Shown one piece after another: positions 29,802 to 39,767 of a stretch of DNA of 64,000 nucleotides. Source of the DNA: Arcobacteraceae bacterium (GTDB lineage Bacteria; Campylobacterota; Campylobacteria; Campylobacterales; Arcobacteraceae); the NCBI GenBank assembly GCA_048268245.1, contig JBLWVX010000001.1, positions 32,001 through 96,000 on the forward strand. The letters run 5' to 3'. The notes beneath the pieces were generated by a model, which saw only the letters and a program-made list of their open reading frames with translations, had not been told where the DNA came from and did not search any database. Every line of letters begins with the position of its first letter. Within the stretch, counting starts at the first letter, position 1. A program made the translations under genes and the position numbers.

Positions 29802-31589
29802 TTGCAGAAAAATATTAGAAACTTTAGTATTATTGCTCATATTGACCATGGAAAATCTACATTAGCAGATAGAATTATTCAAGAGTGTGGTTCAGTAGCA
29901 GATAGAGATATGTCTGCACAAGTAATGGATACAATGGATATTGAAAAAGAGCGTGGTATTACAATCAAAGCTCAAAGTGTAAGACTTGATTATGTTAAAG
30001 ATGGAGAAAATTATGTTCTTAATTTAATTGACACTCCAGGTCACGTTGACTTCTCATATGAAGTAAGTAGATCATTAGCATCATCTGAGGGTGCTTTACT
30101 TATTGTAGATTCAACTCAAGGAGTTGAAGCTCAAACTATTGCAAATGTTTATATTGCAATGGATAATGACTTAGAACTTTTACCAGTTGTAAATAAAATT
30201 GACTTACCTTCAGCAGATCCAGATAGAGTTCTTGAAGAAGTTGAAGATGCTATTGGACTTGACTGTACAGAAAACAATCTAATTTCAGCAAAAACTGGTC
30301 TTGGAGTAAAAGATTTAATTGACTCAATTGTTGATAGAGTTCCAGCACCACAAGGTGATGAAAATGCTCCAACTAAAGCTTTAATTTATGATTCTTGGTT
30401 TGATAACTATCTTGGTGCACTTGCACTTGTAAGAGTATATGAAGGAAGTATTAAAAAAGGTCAAATGCTTAAAATGATGAATACAAAAGTTGAACATCCA
30501 GTTCTTAACTTAATGTATCCACATCCACTGAAAAGACAAAATACAGATGAAATTAAAACGGGTGAAATAGGAATTGTTGTACTTGGGCTTAAAACACTTG
30601 ATGGTATTGCTGTAGGTGATACTATGACAGATGCAAAAGAGCCAACGGCTATTGCTATTGATGGTTTTGAACCTGCTAAGCCATTTGTATTTGCTGGTCT
30701 TTATCCAATTGAAACTGATAAATTTGAAGATTTAAGAGAAGCTTTAACTAAACTTCAATTAAATGACTCTTCTATTTCTTTTGAACCTGAAAGTTCAGCG
30801 GCACTTGGTTCTGGATTTAGAACAGGTTTCTTAGGTATGCTTCACATGGAAGTAATCAAAGAAAGACTTGAGAGAGAATTTAATCTTGATTTAATTGCAA
30901 CAGCACCAACAGTTGTATATGAAGTTTTACAAAAAGATGGTGAGAGAATTGATATTCAAAACCCTTCTGAATTACCAGAACCAAATTATATTGAAACAAT
31001 TTTTGAACCATATGTAAAAGCTACTATTTTAGTACCTGATGAGTTCTTAGGAAATGTAATTAAACTTTTAAATGATAAAAGAGGTATTCAAATCAAGATG
31101 GATTACCTTGGAGCTAGAGTATTACTAGAATATGATATTCCAATGAATGAAATCGTAATGGATTTCTATGATAAACTAAAATCAACTACAAAAGGTTATG
31201 CATCATTTGATTATGAACCAGTAGGATTTAGAGAAGGAAATCTTAAAAAACTTGATGTTAGAGTTGCAGGAGATGTAGTAGATGCCTTATCTATTATTGT
31301 ACCTGAGGACAAAGCTGTAGCAAAAGGTAGAGAGTTTATCAAAGCCTTAAAAGAAATGATACCAAGACAATTATTTGAAGTAGCAATCCAAGCAAGTATT
31401 GGTACTACAATTATTGCAAGAGAAACTGTAAAATCAACAGGTAAAAACGTAACTGCAAAATGTTATGGTGGTGATATTACAAGAAAAAGAAAACTTTTAG
31501 AGAAACAAAAAGCTGGTAAAAAAAGAATGAAAGCTATTGGTAAAGTAAATGTACCACAAGAAGCATTCATGGCTGTTTTAAAAATCTAA
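29802..31589 (+). CDS. lepA: Elongation factor 4
   Basis: [56 protein letters not shown] start. Confidence 0.98.
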   Translation: MQKNIRNFSIIAHIDHGKSTLADRIIQECGSVADRDMSAQVMDTMDIEKERGITIKAQSVRLDYVKDGENYVLNLIDTPGHVDFSYEVSRSLASSEGALLIVDSTQGVEAQTIANVYIAMDNDLELLPVVNKIDLPSADPDRVLEEVEDAIGLDCTENNLISAKTGLGVKDLIDSIVDRVPAPQGDENAPTKALIYDSWFDNYLGALALVRVYEGSIKKGQMLKMMNTKVEHPVLNLMYPHPLKRQNTDEIKTGEIGIVVLGLKTLDGIAVGDTMTDAKEPTAIAIDGFEPAKPFVFAGLYPIETDKFEDLREALTKLQLNDSSISFEPESSAALGSGFRTGFLGMLHMEVIKERLEREFNLDLIATAPTVVYEVLQKDGERIDIQNPSELPEPNYIETIFEPYVKATILVPDEFLGNVIKLLNDKRGIQIKMDYLGARVLLEYDIPMNEIVMDFYDKLKSTTKGYASFDYEPVGFREGNLKKLDVRVAGDVVDALSIIVPEDKAVAKGREFIKALKEMIPRQLFEVAIQASIGTTIIARETVKSTGKNVTAKCYGGDITRKRKLLEKQKAGKKRMKAIGKVNVPQEAFMAVLKI

Positions 31590-31606
31590 TTTCAACTAAC
31601 TTAACA

Positions 31607-31642
31607 ATATATACTAAAAGCACATATGCTTTTAGTATATAT
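31607..31642 (+). terminator. Terminator-like hairpin after lepA
   Basis: ATATATACTAAAAGCA-cata-TGCTTTTAGTATATAT. Confidence 0.7.
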
Positions 31643-31730
31643 GCTTTAATTTTTCTGTCTTTTTTTAATTTTATACCAAAACAATAAATATCTCTAGTTT
31701 ACATATAATATTTTATGTTATTATATATCT

Positions 31731-32303
31731 ATGAAATGCATCCTATGTGAAAACCTATCTTTCCAAATAATTTGTACAAAATGTCAAAGTACTTTACTTC
31801 AACCCTCTTTTCATAAAAGAGAGATTGAAAAAGATTTTTTTAACTACTCGTTTTATGCTCTAAGTGATATAGAAGAACTTATTAGTTCGAAGTACTATTT
31901 TCATGGAGATAGAGTTTTTAACCTTCTAGCTAAGTTGTCTTTTTATAAATTTGCACAAAATTTCACTTATGATAAAAACATTTTTGCTATTGCTATTGAT
32001 GATCATGTTAGACATGAGTTTTCCCATACAGCAATTCTTACTCGACATTTAAACTCACAAAATATCAAGCCTAAATTCAACTGCTTAAAAGCACAAAATA
32101 TAGTCAAGTATGCAGGAAAAGACTTAAAATTTAGGCAAAAAAATCCAAGAAAATTTAAATGTACAAAAATATCTAATCAAATGACAATTTTATGTGATGA
32201 TTTAATCACAACAGGTGCTACAATTAAAGAAGCAAAAAAAGCTTTAGAAAAAAGAAATAATCAAGTACTATTCTCTTTAACCCTAGCTGATGCAAAACTT
32301 TAG
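31731..32303 (+). CDS. ComF/CtsW-family phosphoribosyltransferase-like protein
   Basis: N-terminal CxxC..CxxC; PRPP-loop ILCDDLITTGAT. Confidence 0.85.
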   Translation: MKCILCENLSFQIICTKCQSTLLQPSFHKREIEKDFFNYSFYALSDIEELISSKYYFHGDRVFNLLAKLSFYKFAQNFTYDKNIFAIAIDDHVRHEFSHTAILTRHLNSQNIKPKFNCLKAQNIVKYAGKDLKFRQKNPRKFKCTKISNQMTILCDDLITTGATIKEAKKALEKRNNQVLFSLTLADAKL

Positions 32304-32331
32304 TATAATAGGCTTTTATTAAAGGGTATAT

Positions 32332-32940
32332 ATGATAGGAATTATTGATTATAACATGGGAAATTTAGCAAGTGTTTATAATGCTTGTCATCTAATAGAT
32401 GCAAAAGCTACAATTGTTAAAGATCCAAATGAATTAAAAAGTTTTGATAGAATAATCTTACCAGGAGTTGGTGCTTTTGCTGATGCAATGGAACACCTAA
32501 ATGAAACAGGTATGAAAGAAGCAATTTATGAGTTTTCTAAAACTGGAAAACCAATGATTGGTATTTGTTTAGGTATGCAGCTTCTATTTGAGAGTTCTCA
32601 AGAGTTTGGTCATACGGAAGGTCTTGGATTAATAGATGGAGAAGTTGTAAAGTTTGATAAATCAAAAATGCATGAGGATATAAAAATACCTCATATGGGA
32701 TGGAATACAATTATAAATAAAGAGCACTCTTTGTTTGATGGCTTAGAAAATCCATATTTATATTTTGTTCACTCTTATCATGCACAAACTAAAGAAGAAA
32801 ATATTATAGGTAAAACAGTTTATGGATATGAGTTTGCAAGTGCAGTAAATAAAGATAATGTTTATGGTTTTCAACCACATCCAGAAAAATCTCATGATAA
32901 TGGTATTAAGATTTTAGAGAACTTTATAAAAATTAAATAG
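32332..32940 (+). CDS. hisH: Imidazole glycerol phosphate synthase glutaminase subunit
   Basis: DY.MGNL.SV, LPGVGAF, GICLGMQ, PHMGWN, YFVHSY, QPHPEKS. Confidence 0.96.
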   Translation: MIGIIDYNMGNLASVYNACHLIDAKATIVKDPNELKSFDRIILPGVGAFADAMEHLNETGMKEAIYEFSKTGKPMIGICLGMQLLFESSQEFGHTEGLGLIDGEVVKFDKSKMHEDIKIPHMGWNTIINKEHSLFDGLENPYLYFVHSYHAQTKEENIIGKTVYGYEFASAVNKDNVYGFQPHPEKSHDNGIKILENFIKIK

Positions 32941-32960
32941 TATTTTTAAAGGAGTCACAT

Positions 32961-33809
32961 ATGAAAACAATAGCAATAACAGGATCAAGTGGATTTGTAG
33001 GAACAAATCTTAAAAGATATTTTACAGACCTAGGTTATGAAGTATTGCCAATTGCAAGAGGTGACTTATCAAATCAACAAAGACTACAAGAGATTATAAA
33101 TCAAAGTGATATAGTGATAAATCTTGCAGGAGCGAATATTATCAATAGATGGAGTGAGAGTTATAAGAAGCTACTTTACTCAAGTAGAATTGATACAACA
33201 AAAGCAATAGTTGAAGCAATAAAAGCAGTTGAAAATAAACCTTCACAACTTATATCAACTTCAGCTGTTGGTATTTATGATAATAAACAAACATATGATG
33301 AGAATGGAATTCATACAAGTGACTTTTTAGGGAAATTAGCTGAAGATTGGGAAGAAGAAGCATTAAAAGCAAGAAGTGAAAGTACAAAAGTATCTATTTT
33401 TAGATTTGGTATAGTCTTAGGAAAAGATGGCGGTGCACTAGAAAAAATGATAACACCTTTTAAACTTGGACTTGGCGGTGTTATTGGAAGTGGTAAACAA
33501 GCTTTTAGCTTTATTCATATTGAAGACTTATTAAATGCATATAGATTTGTAATTGAGAACAATCATGAAAATATTTTCAATTTAACAGCTCCTACTCCCA
33601 CAACAAATAGAGGTTTAACTCTTGCTTTAGGAAAAACACTAAAAAGACCTACTATACTTCCATTACCTGAATTTGTTTTAAATATAATATTTAGTGAAGG
33701 TGCAAAAGTTCTAACTGATGGACAAAGTGCTATTCCTAAAAACCTTATGGATTTAGGCTTTGAATTTAAATACAAAACTATTGATGAAACAATAGATAAT
33801 TTATGCTAA
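32961..33809 (+). CDS. TIGR01777-family NAD-dependent epimerase/oxidoreductase
   Basis: [36 protein letters not shown]. Confidence 0.88.
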   Translation: MKTIAITGSSGFVGTNLKRYFTDLGYEVLPIARGDLSNQQRLQEIINQSDIVINLAGANIINRWSESYKKLLYSSRIDTTKAIVEAIKAVENKPSQLISTSAVGIYDNKQTYDENGIHTSDFLGKLAEDWEEEALKARSESTKVSIFRFGIVLGKDGGALEKMITPFKLGLGGVIGSGKQAFSFIHIEDLLNAYRFVIENNHENIFNLTAPTPTTNRGLTLALGKTLKRPTILPLPEFVLNIIFSEGAKVLTDGQSAIPKNLMDLGFEFKYKTIDETIDNLC

Positions 33810-33846
33810 AAGAAAAGAAGAATTAAAAACAGGAGACATTAAAAGT

Positions 33847-34560
33847 ATGGATATTTTACCAGCGATTGATTTAAAAGACGGGAAAGCTGTAAGATTAAGT
33901 AAAGGACTTATGGATAGTGCAAAAATCTATTCAGATGAGCCTTGGCAAGTTGCAAAAAGATTTGAAGAATTAGGTTCTAAATGGGTTCATGTAGTTGATT
34001 TAAATGGTGCATTTGCAGGTGAACCAGCAAACTTAGAGCAGATTAAAAAGATTAAAGAAAATTGTAATTTAAAAATCGAAGTTGGTGGAGGAATCAGAGA
34101 TGAAGAGACTATCAAAATGTATGTTGAACTTGGGATTGATAGACTTATTTTAGGTTCAATCGCTGTAAAAGATCCACAATTTGTAAAAGATATGGCAGCA
34201 AAATACCCTATAGCAGTTGGAATTGATGCTATGAATGGAATGGTTGCTGTTGAAGGTTGGGCAGAAGTTTCAACTATGAAAGCAACTGATTTAGCAAAAG
34301 AGTTCGCAAATGCAGGTGTTGAAGCGATTATTTGTACTGACATTTCTAAAGACGGTATGCTTTGTGGAGTAAATGTTGAATTTACAGAATCAATTGCATT
34401 AGCTTCAGGAGTTGATACAATTGCAAGTGGTGGAGTAAAAGACATCAATGATATCACAAACTGTCAATCAAATGGAAATATATCTGGTGTAATTGTAGGA
34501 AAAGCATTCTATGAAGGTACACTTGATTTAGAAGAGGGATTTAAAGCCCTAAAAAACTAA
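33847..34560 (+). CDS. hisA: ProFAR isomerase
   Basis: [37 protein letters not shown]. Confidence 0.96.
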   Translation: MDILPAIDLKDGKAVRLSKGLMDSAKIYSDEPWQVAKRFEELGSKWVHVVDLNGAFAGEPANLEQIKKIKENCNLKIEVGGGIRDEETIKMYVELGIDRLILGSIAVKDPQFVKDMAAKYPIAVGIDAMNGMVAVEGWAEVSTMKATDLAKEFANAGVEAIICTDISKDGMLCGVNVEFTESIALASGVDTIASGGVKDINDITNCQSNGNISGVIVGKAFYEGTLDLEEGFKALKN

Positions 34561-34569
34561 TATACTAAT

Positions 34570-34737
34570 ATGTGTTTAGTAATCACCCTACTTTTTTCAG
34601 CCTTAGCATATACCTTCTATCAAGATGGAAATATGCAAGGCTTTTATATTAATATAAGTATTGCTTTTTTCTTTGCTATACTACTCATTAGAAATATACT
34701 TAAAACAAAAAAAGATAAAAATGACAAAAAAAACTAA
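34570..34737 (+). CDS. Unannotated 55-aa membrane protein (two TM helices, basic tail)
   Basis: Hand translation MCLVITLLFSALAYTFYQDGNMQGFYINISIAFFFAILLIRNILKTKKDKNDKKN; fills the hisA-MFS gap; no clear Shine-Dalgarno. Confidence 0.55.
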   Translation: MCLVITLLFSALAYTFYQDGNMQGFYINISIAFFFAILLIRNILKTKKDKNDKKN

Positions 34738-36037
34738 AACTGAATCTATCTATGAAAAACTTGTAAATGAAGAAGATGCAAGAGTCTGTAAAGCAATAGA
34801 TGAAAGTGCTTGTAAAGTAGTTCCTGGAAACTTTTTTATAACCTTGATAAGCTATTTTTTTAATAAAATAGCAGATGCAATAGCTAATGCAAAAGTAGTT
34901 CTGCCTTGGTTGATGGAAAGCCTTAGTGTACCAATATATTTAATAAGCTTCTTAGTTCCAATAAAAGAGTCTGGTTCATTAATACCTCAACTATTTATTG
35001 CAGCATTTATAAGAAAACTGCCTTTTAGAAAATATATATGGTCACTTGGTACTTTTTTACAAGCAGTTTGTATGATTTCTATTGCTATTGTGGCTTGGAA
35101 TATGGAAGGTTTAAATGCTGGGTTAACCATAATTGCTTTATTAATTGCAATGAGTTTATCAAGAGGCTTATGCTCAGTTGCAGCAAAAGATGTAGTAGGA
35201 AAAACTATACCAAAAACAAGAAGAGGTGCTTTAAATGGCTATTCTGCAATGCTTTCAAGTGTTTTAGTTGTAGCTTTTGGTATATACCTTTTAGTAAATT
35301 CACAAAAACCTTTTTCTCCTCAAAACTTTGGAGTTTTATTTTCAATTGCAGGTTTTTTCTGGATATTAGCATCTCTTACATATTTAAGAATAAAAGAGTT
35401 TGAAGGAGAAACTGATGGAGGAGGAAATGCTTTTAGCGTGGCAATAAGTAAATTATCAATTTTAAAAACGGATAAACCTTTTAGACTTTTTGTAATCACT
35501 AGAGCCTTATTTTTATGTGCGGTTTTAAGTGCACCTTTCTTTGTAGTTATGGCTCAACAAAATAGTGATGCCAATGCCTTTTTATTAGGTCTTTTTATTT
35601 TATCAAATGGTTTAGCAGATATGCTTTCAGCAAACTTTTGGGGTAAATTTTCTGATCAATCAAGTAGAAAAGTTATGATACTAGGAGCTAGTATTTCTAC
35701 ATCTATGGGATTTTTAGTTGTAGCTATTGACTTTTTTTATAAAGATTTATTTTCATATATTTGGTTAATGCCTATTATATATTTTATATTAAGTATAGGC
35801 TATCAAGGTATTAGAATAGGAAGAAAAACATATATTGTTGATTTAGCTGAGGGGAATAAAAGAACAGATTATGTAGCTGTAAGTAATACACTAATTGGAC
35901 TTATTCTATTAGTTAGTGGACTTATTGGGGCATTAACTTCATTTATTGGACTTAGTGGCGTTATTTTAGTTTTATCTATTATTGGATTAATAGCAATTAT
36001 TTTAGCAAATAAACTACCTGAAGTACAAGAAGATTAA
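34721..36037 (+). CDS. MFS-like permease
   Basis: About 12 hydrophobic segments; EDARVC..I.E.AC N-terminus, ESGSLIPQL, GRKTYIVDLA.GN.RTDYVAVSNT; start likely ATG 34721. Confidence 0.8.
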   Translation: MTKKTKTESIYEKLVNEEDARVCKAIDESACKVVPGNFFITLISYFFNKIADAIANAKVVLPWLMESLSVPIYLISFLVPIKESGSLIPQLFIAAFIRKLPFRKYIWSLGTFLQAVCMISIAIVAWNMEGLNAGLTIIALLIAMSLSRGLCSVAAKDVVGKTIPKTRRGALNGYSAMLSSVLVVAFGIYLLVNSQKPFSPQNFGVLFSIAGFFWILASLTYLRIKEFEGETDGGGNAFSVAISKLSILKTDKPFRLFVITRALFLCAVLSAPFFVVMAQQNSDANAFLLGLFILSNGLADMLSANFWGKFSDQSSRKVMILGASISTSMGFLVVAIDFFYKDLFSYIWLMPIIYFILSIGYQGIRIGRKTYIVDLAEGNKRTDYVAVSNTLIGLILLVSGLIGALTSFIGLSGVILVLSIIGLIAIILANKLPEVQED

Positions 36038-36049
36038 TACTCTATTTTC

Positions 36050-39007
36050 TTAATCTTCAAGCATAGTATAATGAAGCTCCAATCCATTTGAAGTTGCTAC
36101 GAAACCATTTACATTTATAGTACCATCATGTACCATTTTATGATGTTCTTTACAAAGAGGTATTAAATTATATTTATGATTAGCATTTATATGCTCAATA
36201 AAGCCATCTTTATTTGCTCTTGCCTGCTCTTTTATGTGGTGAACATCATCACAAGCTTTACCACATATCACACAAGTTGAAGCAAATACATTTTTATTGT
36301 ATTTAGATGTTTTTCTATGGGTAAGTCTTTCTATTTTATCATAATCATCAGTCAGTCTTTTTCTTATGTCATTTGCTACACTTAAAAATTCTTTGTCCAT
36401 GTGAAGTGATCTTGCATATTCTAAACCATACATAGATGATCCACTTCCAAAGGCTAGTTTTCTATCAAAAATAAGTTTATCTTCATCATCTTTATACATT
36501 ACAGATAAGTGCAGTGAGATTATATTTTTAAGCTTTTGAATCTCTTGAATTTCGGGAAGTTGATGTAAGTGAGTAGCAAACACAAAAATAGACTCTAATT
36601 TTGCTAATTTTAAAATTGCACTAGCAACTATACTTAATCCACTCATCGTTTCAGTAGAGTGAGAGATTTCATCACCTAAAATAAGTGACTTTTTACTTGC
36701 TCTATTGAAAATATTTTTAAGTTCTAGCATTTCAACTGCAAAAGAAGATAAACCTTTTGCAATATTATCAGCTCCACTAATTCTAGTATAAACAGCATCA
36801 AAAATTGAGAATCTCATAGACTTTGCAGGTACATAAAATCCTGCTTGGGCTAAGATAACTGCAATTCCTATTGATTTCATAAGAGAGGATTTACCTGAGG
36901 AGTTTATACCATAAAGTAAAACCCCATGCATTTTATTATCTTTAATATTAACAGGGTTTGAGTTTTTAATAATCACATTGTCTTTATACTCTTTAGAAGC
37001 ATAAGATAACTGTCCTAGAATAATATCATTTGGTACATAAATACCTTGTTCTTCATTTGCTTCAATAATAGGATGTCTTAAATCTATAAGCTCAATAAAA
37101 TTCTCTTCATCTTTTGTTTTTACTATTTTTGGACAAGTATAGTTGTATTTTTTTGCAGTTTTTATATTTGATACTGTTAAATCAACCTCAGCAATAAACT
37201 GTACTAATTCTTCCAAAAGTTTTGAAAATTTCTTTTCAAACTCTACTAGTTTTTCTTTAAATACTAATTTATTTAATTCAACAATCTTTTTTAAATTATG
37301 AACAAATTTATCACTTACACTTTCAGTTAGCTTACAAAAAATCTTAACTGAATTTGTTTGTACTTTTATCTTAAAATCTTTAAATAGTAGTAAGTCATCA
37401 TCAATAATTATATGAGAGTTCAATAACTCTTCTTTTATAAGATTGAACCTGTTTTTAGTCATTGTTAAGAAGAAACCTTCTTTATCAAGTCTATTAATAC
37501 TTACAAAGTTTGAATCATCTTTAGCATTTAAAAACTTTAAAATATGTTTTTTAAGAAGTTCTAACTTTGAATAAAGCTCAATATTTTCATTATTTAACTC
37601 ATCAATTTGAGTATTTATTCCCTCACAAACCATATTTGCTTCTACATCTTTTAACATATACTTCCCAGATACAGCTAAATCAAATGTTGAATCAATAGAT
37701 TGTATAAATAGTCCCAACTCAGCACTACTACAAGGGGGCGTTAGAAACTTATAGTTCTCCATAAAAGTAACTACTTCTTTTATACTAAGAAGTGAATCAT
37801 ATAAATAGTTTAATTCAAAAGGATGAAGTCTACTTAGTTTTATTCTTCTTGTAAGTCTTTCAATATCATAAATATTTGCAAGTTCATTCTCAATTGGTCC
37901 ATGATAATCAAATAACTCTTTTGAAAGATTGAATCTTCTAAGTATCTCTTTTGTATCTTTTACAGGATGAGTTAATCTCTCTTTTAAAAGTCTTTTCCCC
38001 ATTGCTGTAGAAGTATTATTCATAAGTTTTATCAAACTTGGATTATGAGTTGTCTCTATTATATTTAACTGTTCTAAAGCATTGTTTCCTAAATAGATAT
38101 ACTTTCCAATATCAAGTTTTTGAGGAAGAGATAGTTTTTGAACAATATTAGAATCATGTCCTATAACAAAATCAATTAAAATAGCTAAAGCTTCTGTACT
38201 TAAAGGAACTCTTTCCATATCCAAATGTTCAATTGCTGTTAATAAAGATTGAATATCAAATACATTTTTAAATAGTTCATTTTGATAATTAATTTTTGGT
38301 CTAAAAGTTCCTATATGAAAAGTTTTTAAATTTAATTCCAAATAATCAATTACTTCTTTTTGATTGATATTTTTATCTGCAAAACTTACAATTACTTCAT
38401 TTGTTTTATGCATATTCATATAGTTAAATACTTCATCTAAAGCATAAAACTTATCTTCACTAGTTCCATGAACTTCATTATAGTAACACTTACCAGTAGT
38501 TACATCTATAGCACTATATCCAACTAAATAAATACCTTTTATTTGCTCAATTACTAGTGATGTAATATTGTTTTCATCTTGGTCAATTACAAAATCAAAA
38601 TTTGTACCAGGACTTACAACAGTATCAAGATATCTTGATACTTTAGGAGGAACACCCTTTTGTCGTATTACAACAACTGTATATTTTTGCTCACTTATGA
38701 TTCTTGCTAAATGCTTATCAAAAGATATTGCAGGAACTCCTGCCATAATAGGATTTTCAGCAGAGTTTTCTAAGATAGTTTTGTTTTTTCTTGTTAATTG
38801 AATATTTAATAGTTCAGCTATTTCTTTAGCTTTTCCTATTTGCATTTCATCATTATTAACTTCGTAAACTTCAAAGAAAGTTCCAATTTCCATAAGAACT
38901 ACTGTATTTTCACCATATTTTTTTTCAAAAAGCTCTTGAAGTTTAAAATATGTGATTGTTAATAGTGTTTTTTTATCGGCTAAAAGTTCTGCTACTTCTT
39001 CTCTCAC
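36050..39007 (-). CDS. MutS-family ATPase with C-terminal HNH domain (MutS7 type)
   Basis: GTFFEVY mismatch-binding motif, Walker A GINSSGKS, SSFAVEM, LGDE, ATHLH; C-terminal CxxC..VHHI..N..NL..LC..HH...H; GTG start. Confidence 0.88.
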   Translation of the reverse strand: MREEVAELLADKKTLLTITYFKLQELFEKKYGENTVVLMEIGTFFEVYEVNNDEMQIGKAKEIAELLNIQLTRKNKTILENSAENPIMAGVPAISFDKHLARIISEQKYTVVVIRQKGVPPKVSRYLDTVVSPGTNFDFVIDQDENNITSLVIEQIKGIYLVGYSAIDVTTGKCYYNEVHGTSEDKFYALDEVFNYMNMHKTNEVIVSFADKNINQKEVIDYLELNLKTFHIGTFRPKINYQNELFKNVFDIQSLLTAIEHLDMERVPLSTEALAILIDFVIGHDSNIVQKLSLPQKLDIGKYIYLGNNALEQLNIIETTHNPSLIKLMNNTSTAMGKRLLKERLTHPVKDTKEILRRFNLSKELFDYHGPIENELANIYDIERLTRRIKLSRLHPFELNYLYDSLLSIKEVVTFMENYKFLTPPCSSAELGLFIQSIDSTFDLAVSGKYMLKDVEANMVCEGINTQIDELNNENIELYSKLELLKKHILKFLNAKDDSNFVSINRLDKEGFFLTMTKNRFNLIKEELLNSHIIIDDDLLLFKDFKIKVQTNSVKIFCKLTESVSDKFVHNLKKIVELNKLVFKEKLVEFEKKFSKLLEELVQFIAEVDLTVSNIKTAKKYNYTCPKIVKTKDEENFIELIDLRHPIIEANEEQGIYVPNDIILGQLSYASKEYKDNVIIKNSNPVNIKDNKMHGVLLYGINSSGKSSLMKSIGIAVILAQAGFYVPAKSMRFSIFDAVYTRISGADNIAKGLSSFAVEMLELKNIFNRASKKSLILGDEISHSTETMSGLSIVASAILKLAKLESIFVFATHLHQLPEIQEIQKLKNIISLHLSVMYKDDEDKLIFDRKLAFGSGSSMYGLEYARSLHMDKEFLSVANDIRKRLTDDYDKIERLTHRKTSKYNKNVFASTCVICGKACDDVHHIKEQARANKDGFIEHINANHKYNLIPLCKEHHKMVHDGTINVNGFVATSNGLELHYTMLED

Positions 39008-39008
39008 G

Positions 39009-39428
39009 TTACTTTCTAACTCCCGTCCAATCTCTTATTTGTTTTCTTTGCTCTTTTGTAAGATCAGCTTCTTCATGTAACCAAAGATATGAATTTAAAG
39101 GCATTACGGAATAAATGGTTCTATAAATACCTTTTAATTTTTTCTTCTTTTCTTCTTCACTATACTTCTCCCATTCAGAGAAATTTAACCATTTTCTTCC
39201 ATCATCTACATGCTCAGTAATAATCCAAGAAAATGGTGCTACTTTTGAGTACCAAGGCCAGTTAGCTTCATTTGAATGACAATCATAACAAGAAGTTTTA
39301 AACATTGTCATTATTTCATCAGGGGCTTGAATCTCTAAAGATTTATCAACAGCAAAGTTTTTTTGTTCTGTTTGTATCGCTTGCATTGCAATAAATACTA
39401 AAAGAAAAATTAAAAGTGTTCTTTTCAT
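39009..39428 (-). CDS. Heme-binding (Haem_bd) c-type cytochrome domain protein
   Basis: Signal peptide, SCYDCHS, WPWYS.VAP.SW, LNFSEW, MP..Y..H. Confidence 0.85.
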   Translation of the reverse strand: MKRTLLIFLLVFIAMQAIQTEQKNFAVDKSLEIQAPDEIMTMFKTSCYDCHSNEANWPWYSKVAPFSWIITEHVDDGRKWLNFSEWEKYSEEEKKKKLKGIYRTIYSVMPLNSYLWLHEEADLTKEQRKQIRDWTGVRK

Positions 39429-39434
39429 ATATCC

Positions 39435-39767
39435 TTACTCGCACATTAAAGTATATGGTCTTTTAAGCTCTTCAATAAATAAAGATATAGATATGTTTCT
39501 TCCATATCTTTTGAACTCTTTTGTATCAAAATAGACCAGTATTGTAGGTATAGAAAATACCGTAAAATGGCTTGTAAGTTCTTTATACAAATCAGTCTTA
39601 ACTTCATACATCACAAATCTTGAGAATTCTTTTTTTACACTTTGTTCAATTTTTGGTTTTAAAACTTTACATACTGAACAATTCTCACCGGAAAAATATA
39701 TTAATACAGGTTCCCCTGTATTAATACTATCTTGAAGCTGAAGTAGTTTTGTGGCTTGTTTCATCAT
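39435..39767 (-). CDS. Thioredoxin-family protein
   Basis: YFS..NCSVC..LKP, cis-Pro motif SIPT. Confidence 0.85.
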   Translation of the reverse strand: MMKQATKLLQLQDSINTGEPVLIYFSGENCSVCKVLKPKIEQSVKKEFSRFVMYEVKTDLYKELTSHFTVFSIPTILVYFDTKEFKRYGRNISISLFIEELKRPYTLMCE

